Part shown: piece by piece, positions 20,614 to 32,580 of the stretch
Position numbering within the stretch: the first letter of the stretch is position 1
Layout of the letters: the number at the start of each line of letters is the position of its first letter
Source of the DNA: Alphaproteobacteria bacterium
GTDB lineage: Bacteria > Pseudomonadota > Alphaproteobacteria > GCA-2731375
Length of the DNA: 64,000 nt
NCBI GenBank assembly: GCA_965238305.1
Contig: CBDEHK010000001.1
Span: 335,816-399,815 of the forward strand
Direction: 5' to 3'
Made by a program: the position numbers and the translations under genes
The notes under the pieces: model-generated
The model's database searches: none
What the model saw: only the letters and a program-made list of their open reading frames with translations
What the model was told of the DNA's origin: nothing

Positions 20614-22839
20614 TTATTTTGTGGTCGCCACGTAGATTCCGGCCCAGTCAGGACCTGGTGGATCCGCACGGAATTGCAAAATACGCGCCGCCGTCAGGTC
20701 ATAATAACCATCCAACGGTCGCGGCAGGAAATCGTCCAAGGCCCGGCACTCGGCAATCAAGATATCCGCTTCATCCCAAACTTGATTGCGGTAAGCCTTG
20801 ACTAGCTTCTCGTGATGAGTTTGCAACGCCCCGAACGCCGCCGACAACGCTAATTCCTGCCGTCCCAACAAAGTATATATCCGCACCGCACCGTGACGAC
20901 CTTTTACGGCGATCAAATCGAGTTCCAGAGTGGCGAAATCCGGCAGTTGGGCGGCGGTATCCTCACCTATGACAATGCCAACACCGTAGGTCTTCGATTG
21001 CCCTTCCAGGCGGGAGGCCAGATTGACCGGATCGCCCAAGACGGAATAGTCAAAACGTTGGGTCGAGCCCATATTGCCGACACAGGCCTGCCCGGTGTTG
21101 AGGCCGATACCGATCTCGAGCGGCAGAAACAACTCACCCGCAGCCTCTCGTTCCTGTTTAATATCCAGGTTCAAATTTTCTAACGCCGAAAACATCGCCA
21201 GCGCCGCATCTGCTGCATGATGGGCGTGATCGGGATCGTTTAAAGGCGCATTCCAAAAAGCCATGATGCAATCGCCCATATATTTGTCGACGGTACCGTG
21301 GCGGGCCAATATCATGTCGGTCATGGGACTCAAAAATCGGTTGATCAGACCGGTCAAGCCTTGCGGGTCGTCTTTGAATTGTTCCGATATGGTGGTGAAG
21401 CCGCGAATATCCGCAAACAATAAAGTCATCTCGCGCATTTCACCGCCGAGGACCAGGCGTTCGGGTTCTGCCGCCAATTGTTCAACCAATGCCGGCGCCA
21501 GATAACGGCCAAAAGCGGTGCGAACCTGTCTCTTTTCCAGCTCCGTCCGCATGAAATTCATCAAACTGGCGACCGCATAAATGACGATAACAACGAGGGC
21601 CGGAAAACTGGCGTCAAGCAACAAGCGGTAAGATGAAAACGCCGTCCAGGATACCGCGACAATTCCTGTTAATCCGATCAATGCGATCAGCGCGCCCCAT
21701 ACCGCACCACGGAAAGGGATGGCAAAACTCAAAATCAGCCCGAAAACTAGAATAAAGGCCAATTCCGCCCCCAAGGACCAGTCTGGATGGGCCAGATAAT
21801 GTCCGCTCAAAATCTGCTCTATTGCCTGAACATGCACCAAAGGTCCAGGCAGCGCTACGTCCAACGGGGTGGTATGGCGATCCTGCAAGCCGGTGGCGCT
21901 GACGCCTAAAATTACGATCTGCCCCGCAAGCGCCGAAGCGTCGAAATCGCCCTCTAATAAGCGCCAAGCCGGTATTGTGCGGGTCGCCACCGGCTCAGTG
22001 AAATGCAGCCAAAGTCGGCCCGCGGCGTCGGTCGGTACGGCAAAGGCACCGATCTTGATATGGTTGATACCGGTGTCCTGACCAAACGCCAGCTCTCCGC
22101 TGGCACCGGAAGCTTTGACGACATAGGTGCCAGCTCTCTGGGCGGTTCGCAAAGCTTCCGCCGTCAGTGATGGAACGATAGTTTGCCCCAAGCCAAGGAT
22201 AAGCGGGACCCGGCGGACGATGCCATCGCGATCCGGCGAAACATTGATCGATCCGTTGCCGCTGGCCGCTTCTGACAGCGCCGCTAGGGTGACCACCGCA
22301 CCATTGAAGCTTGTTAGAAATTGCTGCGGTGGGTCACCTGTTTCGGCCATACCAGCTTTGATCTTCGGGATTACGCCATTTCCGTCATTGCTCAGCGCAA
22401 AACCTGTACTGACGTTGAGCTGCGTAATTGTGTCAGCCAGTATTTCATCGTGATCCGGCAGCGTCGATTGCCGCGCCTGAAGTTCTCTGGTCAGCGGCGT
22501 TGCCGGCCAAAGCGGTAAAATATTCGCCGGTGAGGTGCGGTCCGGTTCGGCAAACACGATATCCAAGGCAATCGCTGCGGCACCGGCATCCCCTATGTGT
22601 TGCAGCAGCGCGGCCACAAGCGTCCGAGGCCAGGGCCACTGGCCGTATTTTGCCAAGGTCTGATCATCGATATCGACAAATCGAACCGGACTATCGACAT
22701 AAATTCTGGGCTGAATGCGTTGATAGAGGTCGAACGACTTGAACTGGAATTCTTCGATATAGCGAGGGAAAATCACCCGTACGGACAACGCGACAAACAA
22801 AATCATAAACGGAATGATGATATGAATTCGGCTGCCCAT
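20614..22839 (-). CDS. CHASE2-sensor class III adenylate/guanylate cyclase
   Basis: 741-aa ORF with an N-terminal TM, a periplasmic CHASE2-like region, three TM helices and a cyclase domain (LTLLFADIRGFTTISE, GDCIMAFWNAP, VGNMGSTQRFDYSVLGDPVNLASRLE). Confidence 0.9.
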   Translation of the reverse strand: MGSRIHIIIPFMILFVALSVRVIFPRYIEEFQFKSFDLYQRIQPRIYVDSPVRFVDIDDQTLAKYGQWPWPRTLVAALLQHIGDAGAAAIALDIVFAEPDRTSPANILPLWPATPLTRELQARQSTLPDHDEILADTITQLNVSTGFALSNDGNGVIPKIKAGMAETGDPPQQFLTSFNGAVVTLAALSEAASGNGSINVSPDRDGIVRRVPLILGLGQTIVPSLTAEALRTAQRAGTYVVKASGASGELAFGQDTGINHIKIGAFAVPTDAAGRLWLHFTEPVATRTIPAWRLLEGDFDASALAGQIVILGVSATGLQDRHTTPLDVALPGPLVHVQAIEQILSGHYLAHPDWSLGAELAFILVFGLILSFAIPFRGAVWGALIALIGLTGIVAVSWTAFSSYRLLLDASFPALVVIVIYAVASLMNFMRTELEKRQVRTAFGRYLAPALVEQLAAEPERLVLGGEMREMTLLFADIRGFTTISEQFKDDPQGLTGLINRFLSPMTDMILARHGTVDKYMGDCIMAFWNAPLNDPDHAHHAADAALAMFSALENLNLDIKQEREAAGELFLPLEIGIGLNTGQACVGNMGSTQRFDYSVLGDPVNLASRLEGQSKTYGVGIVIGEDTAAQLPDFATLELDLIAVKGRHGAVRIYTLLGRQELALSAAFGALQTHHEKLVKAYRNQVWDEADILIAECRALDDFLPRPLDGYYDLTAARILQFRADPPGPDWAGIYVATTK

Positions 22840-22848
22840 GATTTCGAC

Positions 22849-23577
22849 TTAGCGCCCCGCGCCGCCGCCGCCATCACCACCACCGCCTTCGCCACCGCCC
22901 ATGCGATCCATCGTTTGATTGTTCCACGCCGGCAAATCGTCAGACAATCCAGGATCGTTGGAAATGCTGCGGCCGGTCGTGATGCCGATCCGGTCACTGC
23001 CGTTCAAAATTGTTGCAATCCGCCCGGCAATCAAGGTTTCTGCGGCGCTTCGGTTCAATGTCGTGATCTCCACTTCACCTTCAAGAACTTCAACCCGGGT
23101 ATCGCCGGTCACCGCCACCAGAACAATGAAATCGGTGCCGCGAACGCCGATCACAACCGTTGGTGTTTCCACACGTATGGCTTTTTTCTGCATCTTGCCG
23201 GAGATAAACCTTGGTGCCCCTTTGGTGATGCGAGTAACCATTTCGCCTGCATCATTCGCTGGATCATAAACAAATCGATCCAAAATAACGGTGCTGCTGG
23301 AGCCAAGGCGAAGTGTTGTGTCATCTGCAAAACTAAGGTGCAGGGCACCGTCCGTTACGGTTTCGACAGTTTCTTGCATAAAAACATTGTCGCGGGAAAA
23401 CAGGCTGGCACGGCTTTCTCCCGCTGGCGTTCCATAGGCGAAAATATGTACATTGGACACTTGCCCGATAGAGGCCTGCTCGGTCGAAGACTGCGCCGCT
23501 ATTTCGGACACAAACAACAAAGTCGTTGTTATGAACAAAACAAATATTTGGATGACCTGGTATGGCCTTACCTTCAC
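22849..23577 (-). CDS. Secreted FecR-domain protein with a glycine-rich C-terminal tail
   Basis: Signal-peptide-like N-terminus, a FecR-type beta region (GVRGTDFIVLVAVTGDTRVEVLEGEVEI) and the tail MGGGEGGGGDGGGGAGR. The stop lies 9 nt upstream of the CHASE2 cyclase start. Confidence 0.8.
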   Translation of the reverse strand: MKVRPYQVIQIFVLFITTTLLFVSEIAAQSSTEQASIGQVSNVHIFAYGTPAGESRASLFSRDNVFMQETVETVTDGALHLSFADDTTLRLGSSSTVILDRFVYDPANDAGEMVTRITKGAPRFISGKMQKKAIRVETPTVVIGVRGTDFIVLVAVTGDTRVEVLEGEVEITTLNRSAAETLIAGRIATILNGSDRIGITTGRSISNDPGLSDDLPAWNNQTMDRMGGGEGGGGDGGGGAGR

Positions 23578-23640
23578 CCCAAGGTAACTACCCCCTATCC
23601 GATATCAGTTCGACAAATCGCTAATGGTCGGTAAGGTCTA

Positions 23641-24525
23641 TTATGCCGCTTGTGGATATCTGAAGGCAAAGCTTTTAGTGATTTGTTTGGCAAGTTCGAG
23701 GGAAATATCGCTTGGATCCGTCGGCGCCACATAGAGATTGATAAAAAACGCCGGCAGGATCGGCAGCCCATGCTCCGCGCCTAGAATTTCCAAGTCTTCC
23801 GGTACACTTTGCATGAGCAACGGCGCCACCGCCAAGTCCGCATCCAAGGTGGCACGAAAGGCCGACATATTGCTGGCGACACAGGTAAATCGCCAATCCC
23901 GCCCCATCTCGCTTAAACCTTTTACGGCGGCGGCGCGAAAGGCACAATCATCGTCACCCAAGGTCACCGGCAGGGGGCTCCGTTCATAGGCCGTGCCGCC
24001 CGACGCACCAACCCAAACCAACTGATCGGGCAACAAAACTTGACTGTCGTTATTGGGCGCGGCTTCGGTGGTGAGGATGACATCGACGTCGCCCCGATCC
24101 CGCGCCCGTAATAATTCATTGGTATGATTACAGAGCAACGATAGTTCAACCCGTGGCCACGCCTTAGAAAACTCGCGCAAAGCCTGCGGCAGAAAAACAT
24201 TGATCAGATCGTGCGGCGCCCCAATGCGAATACACCCCTCGTAACCGCGTGACGTCATCAGTCCCCAAATTTCGTCATTCAAAGACAGAATTCGTTCGGC
24301 ATGCGCCATCAAACGATCGCCGTCCGATGTAAAGGCCAAGCGGCGCTGGCGGCGGTCGAAAAGCGCCGTACCAAATTGCTCTTCCAGGCGCTTGATCTGC
24401 TGGCTGATGGCGGCTTGGGTCAAATTCAGCTGTCGCCCGGCAGCGGTCATGCCACCGGTTTCCGATACCGCGACAAATGCGCGAAGGAGAGAAAGGTCTA
24501 TTTCTCGAGCCATCGTCCTATCCAT
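23641..24525 (-). CDS. LysR-family transcriptional regulator
   Basis: N-terminal wHTH (LRAFVAVSETGGMTAAGRQLNLTQAAISQQIKRLEEQFG) plus a substrate-binding domain. An alternative start at ATG 24513 (MAREIDL...) is equally plausible. Confidence 0.9.
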   Translation of the reverse strand: MDRTMAREIDLSLLRAFVAVSETGGMTAAGRQLNLTQAAISQQIKRLEEQFGTALFDRRQRRLAFTSDGDRLMAHAERILSLNDEIWGLMTSRGYEGCIRIGAPHDLINVFLPQALREFSKAWPRVELSLLCNHTNELLRARDRGDVDVILTTEAAPNNDSQVLLPDQLVWVGASGGTAYERSPLPVTLGDDDCAFRAAAVKGLSEMGRDWRFTCVASNMSAFRATLDADLAVAPLLMQSVPEDLEILGAEHGLPILPAFFINLYVAPTDPSDISLELAKQITKSFAFRYPQAA

Positions 24526-24527
24526 AA

Positions 24528-24540
24528 TGATAATTTATCA
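24528..24540. promoter_or_regulatory. Candidate LysR-type T-N11-A binding box
   Basis: TGATAATTTATCA is a dyad (GATAA-T-TTATC) framed by T and A. It lies in the 100-bp divergent region between the LysR gene and the DUF1127 gene. Confidence 0.45.
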
Positions 24541-24624
24541 TCAGCATAATAAACATTCATTTTCATTATGCAAGGCGGCGACCTATCTTTTCTTCAGGTA
24601 ACAATCACAAGTGGAGCAAATGTC

Positions 24625-24888
24625 ATGTCGATGCTGACACATTATACGAAGAGACAATATCTCAGCCACGGCCAAACCGTCCGGGCCTTCATGCATTATG
24701 GATTGAGCTTCGCGCGTTATTATTTGGCCTGCGTCAATGTCGCGAAACAGCGGCAAAGTTTGAGCGATTTGAGCGCGCGCGAACTGCAAGACATCGGCAT
24801 CACCCACGCCGACGCCCTGCGGGAAGCTGATCGCGACTTTTGGGATATTCCCGAAGAATTGATTCCGCGCCAATTTAGGACAAAATGA
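24625..24888 (+). CDS. DUF1127-domain small protein
   Basis: Contains the DUF1127 signature LSDLSARELQDIGITHADAL. I chose the ATG at 24625, which is preceded by GGAG at 24613-24616. The longest ORF starts at 24568. Confidence 0.75.
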   Translation: MSMLTHYTKRQYLSHGQTVRAFMHYGLSFARYYLACVNVAKQRQSLSDLSARELQDIGITHADALREADRDFWDIPEELIPRQFRTK

Positions 24889-24940
24889 ATAGTCTAATTA
24901 GGTGAGCGCCGAAGTCTCACTAATCCTTGCTCGTGCCTGA

Positions 24941-26032
<1,092 letters not shown>

Positions 26033-26146
26033 TCGCAATGTTGCGGCTGTTGGTTGCATGATTTTGAAGGTTACCTTTAACATCATGACTGACAGGCGCG
26101 ATTCGATTTGCCGAGTAGTAAATTTGCCAAAATTTAAGGGACGAAC

Positions 26147-27316
26147 ATGAACATTCATGAACACCAGGCGAAAGCCCTTCTGGCCAAATATGGGGTCGCG
26201 GTGCCAATTGGGAAAGTCGCTTTCAGCGTCGATGAAGCGGTGGCCGCAGCCGACGAATTGTCGGGCCCAGTCTATGTCGTCAAAGCGCAAATTCACGCTG
26301 GTGGACGGGGGAAAGGTGGCGGCGTCAAAGTTGTTAAATCCGTCGACGAGGTACGCAGCGAAGCCGACACCATTTTGGGCATGAACCTGGTCACCCACCA
26401 AACCGGCCCAGCGGGCAAAGAAGTCGGCAGGCTTTATATCGAAGACGGTTGTGACATTGCCCGGGAATTGTATCTGAGCATGATCGTCGATCGCGGCACC
26501 TCCCGCGTTGCCATCATGGCCTCGACCGAAGGCGGCATGGATATTGAAGAAGTGGCCGCCCAGACGCCAGAAAAAATTGTCACGGTCTTCATCGATCCGA
26601 TCACTGGTTTGCAAGGTTTTCACGCCCGACAGATTGCCTTTGCATTAGGGCTGGAAGGTAAGCAAGTCGGCTCCGCCGTGAAGCTGATCAGCGCCTTATA
26701 TAACGCCTTCATCGATACCGATGCCAGTCTGGTCGAGATCAACCCGTTGGTGGTAACTGGCAGCGGCGAGGTTATTGCTTTGGATGCAAAAATGAATTTC
26801 GACGATAACAGCCTCTATCGGCATAAAGACGTTGAAGAAATGCGCGATCCGACGGAAGAAGATCCGGCCGAATTGGAAGCCGCCCAGGCAGAACTGAATT
26901 ATATTAAGCTTGATGGCAATATCGGTTGCATGGTCAACGGCGCCGGCCTGGCCATGGCAACGATGGATATTATCAAACTTTGTGGTGGCGATCCGGCCAA
27001 CTTCTTGGATGTGGGCGGCGGCGCGACCAAAGAGCGCGTCACCTTAGCCTTCAAGATCATCCTTTCGGACGACAATGTCGCCGGCATCCTGGTCAATATC
27101 TTTGGCGGCATCATGCGCTGCGATGTGATTGCCGAAGGCGTTGTTGCCGCGGCCCGGGAGCTGGGCATGACCAAACCGTTGGTGGTGCGGCTGGAGGGCA
27201 CCAATGTAGAAATGGGCAAACAAATCATGGCCGAAAGCGGCCTGGCGATCATTCCCGCCGACGATCTAGGCGACGCGGCGGAAAAAATCGTCAAAGCCGT
27301 GAAGGAGGCCGCGTAA
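26147..27316 (+). CDS. sucC: Succinate--CoA ligase (ADP-forming) beta subunit
   Basis: Reads [17 protein letters not shown] and has an ATP-grasp domain. Its TAA stop overlaps the sucD ATG (TAATG at 27314-27318). Confidence 0.96.
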   Translation: MNIHEHQAKALLAKYGVAVPIGKVAFSVDEAVAAADELSGPVYVVKAQIHAGGRGKGGGVKVVKSVDEVRSEADTILGMNLVTHQTGPAGKEVGRLYIEDGCDIARELYLSMIVDRGTSRVAIMASTEGGMDIEEVAAQTPEKIVTVFIDPITGLQGFHARQIAFALGLEGKQVGSAVKLISALYNAFIDTDASLVEINPLVVTGSGEVIALDAKMNFDDNSLYRHKDVEEMRDPTEEDPAELEAAQAELNYIKLDGNIGCMVNGAGLAMATMDIIKLCGGDPANFLDVGGGATKERVTLAFKIILSDDNVAGILVNIFGGIMRCDVIAEGVVAAARELGMTKPLVVRLEGTNVEMGKQIMAESGLAIIPADDLGDAAEKIVKAVKEAA

Positions 27317-28191
27317 TGGCTGTTCTGGTCGACAAAAACACCAAAGTAATCTGCCAGGGTTTCACCGGCAATCAAGGCACCTTTCACTCCGAACAAGCGA
27401 TTGCCTATGGCACCCAAATGGTTGGCGGGGTCTCACCAGGCAAAGGCGGCAGCGAACATCTGGGCCTACCGGTTTTTGATACGGTCGGCGATGCGGTGGC
27501 GACAACTGGTGCCAATGCCAGTGTGATCTATGTGCCCCCGCCCTTTGCCGCGGACGCGATTTTGGAAGCGATTGACGCCGGCATCGAACTAGCCGTTTGC
27601 ATTACCGAAGGGATTCCAGTTTTGGACATGGTGCGGGTCAAACGCGCCCTGCAAACCTCTAACACCCGTCTGATCGGCCCCAATTGTCCGGGCGTGATCA
27701 CGCCGAACGAATGCAAAATCGGCATTATGCCGGGCCACATTCACACCCGTGGCAAAATTGGCATCGTTTCACGTTCCGGCACCTTGACCTATGAAGCGGT
27801 TGCGCAGACAACAGCGGCCGGCCTCGGTCAAAGTACCTGTATTGGGATCGGCGGCGATCCGATCAATGGAACCAATTTTGTTGACTGTTTAGAAATGTTT
27901 TTAGGCGACGATGAAACTGAAGGTATCGTCATGATCGGCGAAATCGGCGGCGACGCGGAAGAGCAAGGGGCGGATTTCCTGACCCAGTCGAAGGTCAAGA
28001 AACCGGTCGTTGGTTTTATCGCAGGTGTAACAGCGCCGCCGGGACGACGCATGGGTCATGCCGGTGCAATTATTTCGGGCGGCAAAGGTGGTGCCGAAGA
28101 CAAGATGGAAGCGATGCGTTCGGCCGGAATTACCGTCGCCGACAGCCCCGCAACCCTTGGCACTAATATGCTGGACGTAATGAAAGGCTGA
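27316..28191 (+). CDS. sucD: Succinate--CoA ligase alpha subunit
   Basis: Reads [24 protein letters not shown], then SRSGTLTYE and the phosphohistidine loop MGHAGAI. The tracked ORF beginning at 26926 is an out-of-context upstream extension. Confidence 0.95.
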   Translation: MAVLVDKNTKVICQGFTGNQGTFHSEQAIAYGTQMVGGVSPGKGGSEHLGLPVFDTVGDAVATTGANASVIYVPPPFAADAILEAIDAGIELAVCITEGIPVLDMVRVKRALQTSNTRLIGPNCPGVITPNECKIGIMPGHIHTRGKIGIVSRSGTLTYEAVAQTTAAGLGQSTCIGIGGDPINGTNFVDCLEMFLGDDETEGIVMIGEIGGDAEEQGADFLTQSKVKKPVVGFIAGVTAPPGRRMGHAGAIISGGKGGAEDKMEAMRSAGITVADSPATLGTNMLDVMKG

Positions 28192-28279
28192 AATACCGGC
28201 ATGGGGTCGGTATCCGAAGGCCGAAACAAATAGGGGGCGGCAACCGCAGTCCTTGGGATATGGCGTTGCCGAATTTCGT

Positions 28280-31192
28280 ATGACAACACAAGAACACGAA
28301 GGCTCCTCCTTCCTGTTCGGCACCAATAGTGCCTTTATTGAGCAGCTGTATCAGAAATATCTGACCAGCCCGCATTCCGTCGACGCCAGTTGGCAGCAGT
28401 TCTTTTCCACTCTCGGGGACGAAAGCGAAGACGTTTCGGCAGAAGCGCGTGGCGCTAGTTGGGCCCCGCGGGCGCAACTGGATTCGCCTTCGGACCCCTA
28501 TGGAGTGTTGGAAAGCCCGCCGGCAATGTTCGAAACGGCGTCGCGCGCACCAGGCGCGGTCGGTGCCGTTAGTGCCGGCGACGTCCGCCGGGCCACCATG
28601 GATAGTTTGCAAGCCTTGATGATAATCCGCTTGCATCGGGTCCGCGGTCATCTGCACGCCAACTTAGACCCTTTAGGCTTATGGAAATTTCCGCCCCATA
28701 GTGAACTGGATCCCCGGACCTATGGATTTACCGATGCGGATATGGATCGGCCGATCTTTATTAACTTCGTCCTCGGTTTGGAAACCGCCACGTTACGGGA
28801 AATTCTCGACATCCTGAACCGCACCTATTGTTCGACCATCGGTGTCGAATTCATGCATATCCACGATGCGGCGGAAAAAGCCTGGATCCAGCAACGCATC
28901 GAAGGACGGCAGAAAGAAGTTAGTTTCACCGATAATGAAAAACGCAAAACCTTGCGTGTGTTGGTCGAATCCGAAGGCATCGAACGCTTTTTGCATGTTC
29001 GTTATACCGGCACCAAGCGCTTTGGGCTGGAGGGTGCGGAATCGATGATGGCGGCATTGGATGCGGTGGCTTATCGCGGCGCCCAATTGGGCGTAAAGGA
29101 TATCTCCCTCGGGATGCCCCATCGCGGTCGCTTAAACGTATTGACCAATTTCATGATGAAACCCTTCACCGCGATTTTCAGCGAATTCGAAGGGATCTCA
29201 TCACACCCTTCCGACGTACAGGGCTCGGGTGACGTGAAATATCACCTCGGCACCTCCACCGATCGGGATTTTGGCGGTCACATGGTGCATTTGTCGCTAT
29301 CCGCCAACCCCTCGCATCTTGAACTGGTCAATCCAGTCGCGTTGGGCAAAGCGCGGGCCAAGCAAACCCAGTTACTGGATCATGACCGCAGCGAAGTGAT
29401 GGCCGTGCTGATGCATGGCGATGCCGCTTTCGCCGGTCAGGGCCTGGTCGGGGAATGTTTTATGCTGTCGGATTTGGCTGGCTATACCAGCGGCGGCACG
29501 ATCCACCTTATTGTCAATAATCAGATCGGTTTCACCACCAATCCTCATGCCAGCCGTTCTTCGCCCTATACCTCCGATGTGGCAAAACAGGTGGCGGCGC
29601 CGATTTTCCATGTCAATGGCGACGATCCCGAAGCGGTCTGTCACATGGCCAAACTTGCGGTCGAATTTCGCCAGCAATTCAAAAAAGACGTTGTCCTGGA
29701 TATCGTCTGTTATCGCCGCTTTGGCCATAACGAGAGTGACGAGCCCGCCTTCACGCAGCCACATATGTATCGGGTGATTGCCAACCATCCAACGACCCGG
29801 AAAATTTATGCCGACAAGCTGGTCGGTGAGGGGGTGATCAGCGCCGAAGAAGCGGAAAACATGGTGGCCGATTTCCATGCCCGATTGGATCAAGACTTCG
29901 AAGCCGCCAAATCCTTCCGCGCCAACAAAGCAGATTGGTTGGAAGGCGAATGGTCCGGTCTGGAAGTCGCCAAAGGCGAAGCCAGGCGCGGCACCACCGG
30001 TGTTCGCCTGGACACCTTGAAGAAGATCGGCGAACGGCTAACCCATGTGCCCGAGACCTTTAACATGCACCGCACCATCCGCCGGCAGGTCGAGACCAAA
30101 CGGAAAATTTTCGAAACCGGCGAAGGCGTCGACTGGGCAACGGCAGAGGCTTTGGCTTTTGCCTCGTTGCAACTGGAAGGTTTCCCGGTGCGATTGTCCG
30201 GCCAAGATTCAGCCCGCGGCACTTTTTCACAACGCCACAGCCAGTGGATCGACCAGGAAGACGAACATGTCTATACGCCGCTGGAAAACATTTCCAAAAA
30301 GCAGGCCAGCTTCGAAGTCATCAACAGCCCGCTTTCCGAACTCGCGGTGCTGGGTTTCGAATATGGTTATTCGATGGCGGAGCCGAATGGTCTGACCCTC
30401 TGGGAAGCGCAGTTTGGCGATTTTGCCAATGGGGCGCAGATGATCATCGACCAGTTCATCTCCTCCAGCGAAAGCAAATGGTTGCGGATGAGCGGCTTGG
30501 TGATGTTGTTACCGCATGGCTTCGAAGGGCAAGGGCCGGAACATTCCTCGGCCCGCCTGGAGCGCTATCTGCAACTTTGCGCTGAAGACAATATGCAAGT
30601 GGCGAACTGCACCACGCCGGCGAATTATTTCCATGTCCTGCGCCGACAATTAAACCGCAAGTTTCGCAAACCGCTAATCATTATGACGCCGAAATCACTG
30701 CTGCGGCACAAGCTTTGCGTCAATACCTTGCCAGAACTTGCTGCAGGCTCGACATTCCATCGGGTTTTGTGGGATGACGCTGATTTGGAGCATATCCCTT
30801 ATCAACTGAACGCCGACAACAAGATCAAGCGCGTGGTCGTTTGTAGCGGGAAAGTCTACTACGATCTACTTGAGGCGCGGGAGAAGGCAAACAAGAAAAA
30901 TGTCTACCTGTTGCGGGTCGAGCAACTTTATCCCTTCCCCAGCCGGCCATTGGTGAAAGAAATCAAACGCTTCCCAAATGCGGAAATTGTCTGGTGTCAG
31001 GAAGAACCGCAAAACATGGGCGCCTGGACCTTTATGGAGCCGAGGTTAGAAAGCGTTTTGACCCGCTTCAAACACAAATACAAACGCGCCAGTTATGCCG
31101 GACGACCGGAAAGTGCCTCAACCGCAACCGGGTCTGGAAAACAACATACTGAACAACAAAACCAACTTGTAAACGAGGCATTGGGGCTTTGA
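28280..31192 (+). CDS. sucA: 2-oxoglutarate dehydrogenase E1 component
   Basis: Roughly 970-aa ORF with SFLFGTNSAFIEQLYQKY at the N-terminus and a ThDP-binding region (HGDAAFAGQG). I chose ATG 28280 (MTTQEHEG); the ORF is open from 28253. Confidence 0.94.
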   Translation: MTTQEHEGSSFLFGTNSAFIEQLYQKYLTSPHSVDASWQQFFSTLGDESEDVSAEARGASWAPRAQLDSPSDPYGVLESPPAMFETASRAPGAVGAVSAGDVRRATMDSLQALMIIRLHRVRGHLHANLDPLGLWKFPPHSELDPRTYGFTDADMDRPIFINFVLGLETATLREILDILNRTYCSTIGVEFMHIHDAAEKAWIQQRIEGRQKEVSFTDNEKRKTLRVLVESEGIERFLHVRYTGTKRFGLEGAESMMAALDAVAYRGAQLGVKDISLGMPHRGRLNVLTNFMMKPFTAIFSEFEGISSHPSDVQGSGDVKYHLGTSTDRDFGGHMVHLSLSANPSHLELVNPVALGKARAKQTQLLDHDRSEVMAVLMHGDAAFAGQGLVGECFMLSDLAGYTSGGTIHLIVNNQIGFTTNPHASRSSPYTSDVAKQVAAPIFHVNGDDPEAVCHMAKLAVEFRQQFKKDVVLDIVCYRRFGHNESDEPAFTQPHMYRVIANHPTTRKIYADKLVGEGVISAEEAENMVADFHARLDQDFEAAKSFRANKADWLEGEWSGLEVAKGEARRGTTGVRLDTLKKIGERLTHVPETFNMHRTIRRQVETKRKIFETGEGVDWATAEALAFASLQLEGFPVRLSGQDSARGTFSQRHSQWIDQEDEHVYTPLENISKKQASFEVINSPLSELAVLGFEYGYSMAEPNGLTLWEAQFGDFANGAQMIIDQFISSSESKWLRMSGLVMLLPHGFEGQGPEHSSARLERYLQLCAEDNMQVANCTTPANYFHVLRRQLNRKFRKPLIIMTPKSLLRHKLCVNTLPELAAGSTFHRVLWDDADLEHIPYQLNADNKIKRVVVCSGKVYYDLLEAREKANKKNVYLLRVEQLYPFPSRPLVKEIKRFPNAEIVWCQEEPQNMGAWTFMEPRLESVLTRFKHKYKRASYAGRPESASTATGSGKQHTEQQNQLVNEALGL

Positions 31193-31238
31193 GTGCCGCT
31201 GCCGACTTGAATGTAACCAGAAAAGATAGGCCGGAAAA

Positions 31239-32552
31239 ATGGCAGATATAGTAGTTCCCGCCCTGGGCGAATCGATTACTGAAGCGACCGTCGCGCAATG
31301 GTTTAAAAATGTCGGCGATGCGGTCAAGCGTGATGAGCCCTTGGTCGAGTTGGAGACTGACAAAGTGGCCTTGGAAGTCGCTAGTCCGAGCGACGGCGTG
31401 TTGACGGAAATTGCTGCCGGACCGGACGCAACGGTGGCCCCGGGCGCGATCCTGGGCCAAGTCGCCGAAGGTGAAGGCGCCGCGGCGGAGCCGGCGGCCG
31501 CAGCAACACCCGCACCGGCACCCACACCCACTCCTGCAGCGACCCCGGCGCCAGCGCCGGTTGCCGCAGCTGCCCCTGCACCGGCACCTGCTGCACCGGT
31601 CTCGGCGGCGAGCCCGGCCCTGTCTCCGGCAGTGCGGCGCCTGGTGCAAGAACACGGTTTGAGCGCCGCCCAAATACCAGCAACTGGAAAAAATGGCCGA
31701 TTGTCTAAAGATGACGTGCAACGCTTTGTCGATAGCGGTGCGGCGGCGCAACCAGCGCCAGCGCCTGCCACTGCACCCGCTCCAGTCGCCCAGGCGCCAG
31801 CACCGACATTGGCACCAGCCGACCATCAACCCGCCAGCACGCGTCCCCATGCGGCGCGGGAAGAAATCGTCCGCATGACCCGCTTGCGCAAAACCATCGC
31901 CAGGCGCCTGAAGGATGCCCAGAACACGGCAGCAATGCTGACCACCTATAACGAAGTCGATATGTCCGGGGTGATGAATGCGCGGAAGAAATATCGCGAT
32001 CTGTTCGAGAAACGCCACGGCGTTCGCGTCGGGTTCATGAGTTTCTTTGTCCGCGCCTGCGTCCTGGCTTTAAAACAAGTACCGGCGGTGAATGCGGAAG
32101 TCGACGGCGACAACCTGGTTTATAAAAACTACTACAATATCGGCGTTGCTGTGGGCACACCAAATGGCCTGGTCGTGCCGGTTCTGAATGACGCCGATAA
32201 TATGAGTTTCGCCGACATTGAAGGGACAATTTCCGATTACGGCCGCCGCGCCCGCGATGGCAAATTGTCGATTGATGAAATGCAGGGCGGGACGTTCACG
32301 ATTTCCAATGGCGGTGTCTATGGCTCGCTAATGTCGATGCCGATCTTGAACCCACCGCAATCGGGAATTCTGGGCATGCATAAAATTCAGGAACGCGCGA
32401 TGGTCGTCGACGGCGAAATAAAGATCTGTCCGATGATGTATCTGGCGATGAGTTACGATCACCGCATCATCGATGGCAGCGAAGCCGTCACCTTCCTTGT
32501 GAAGGTCAAAGAATATGTGGAAGAGCCGGAACGTTTGCTGCTGGAAGTCTGA
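31239..32552 (+). CDS. sucB: Dihydrolipoyllysine-residue succinyltransferase (2-oxoglutarate dehydrogenase E2)
   Basis: Lipoyl domain ([12 protein letters not shown]), a long Ala/Pro linker, a peripheral-subunit-binding domain and a catalytic DHRIIDG motif. Confidence 0.95.
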   Translation: MADIVVPALGESITEATVAQWFKNVGDAVKRDEPLVELETDKVALEVASPSDGVLTEIAAGPDATVAPGAILGQVAEGEGAAAEPAAAATPAPAPTPTPAATPAPAPVAAAAPAPAPAAPVSAASPALSPAVRRLVQEHGLSAAQIPATGKNGRLSKDDVQRFVDSGAAAQPAPAPATAPAPVAQAPAPTLAPADHQPASTRPHAAREEIVRMTRLRKTIARRLKDAQNTAAMLTTYNEVDMSGVMNARKKYRDLFEKRHGVRVGFMSFFVRACVLALKQVPAVNAEVDGDNLVYKNYYNIGVAVGTPNGLVVPVLNDADNMSFADIEGTISDYGRRARDGKLSIDEMQGGTFTISNGGVYGSLMSMPILNPPQSGILGMHKIQERAMVVDGEIKICPMMYLAMSYDHRIIDGSEAVTFLVKVKEYVEEPERLLLEV

Positions 32553-32580
32553 TTGAGACGATCGCATTGGGAATTGAGAG

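Noticed and set aside
26926-27315. Upstream 130-codon extension of the sucD ORF (Arg/Gly-rich).
   Set aside because: It is an alternative frame of the sucC 3' half. The conserved SucD sequence begins at [11 protein letters not shown] (27316), with a TAATG coupling to sucC.
31068-32018. 316-aa and 217-aa minus-strand ORFs, and several short ORFs, overlapping the sucA end and the sucB linker.
   Set aside because: They are shadows of the GC-rich Ala/Pro linker of E2. They translate to Arg/Gly/Cys-rich low complexity and lie antisense to an unambiguous sucB.
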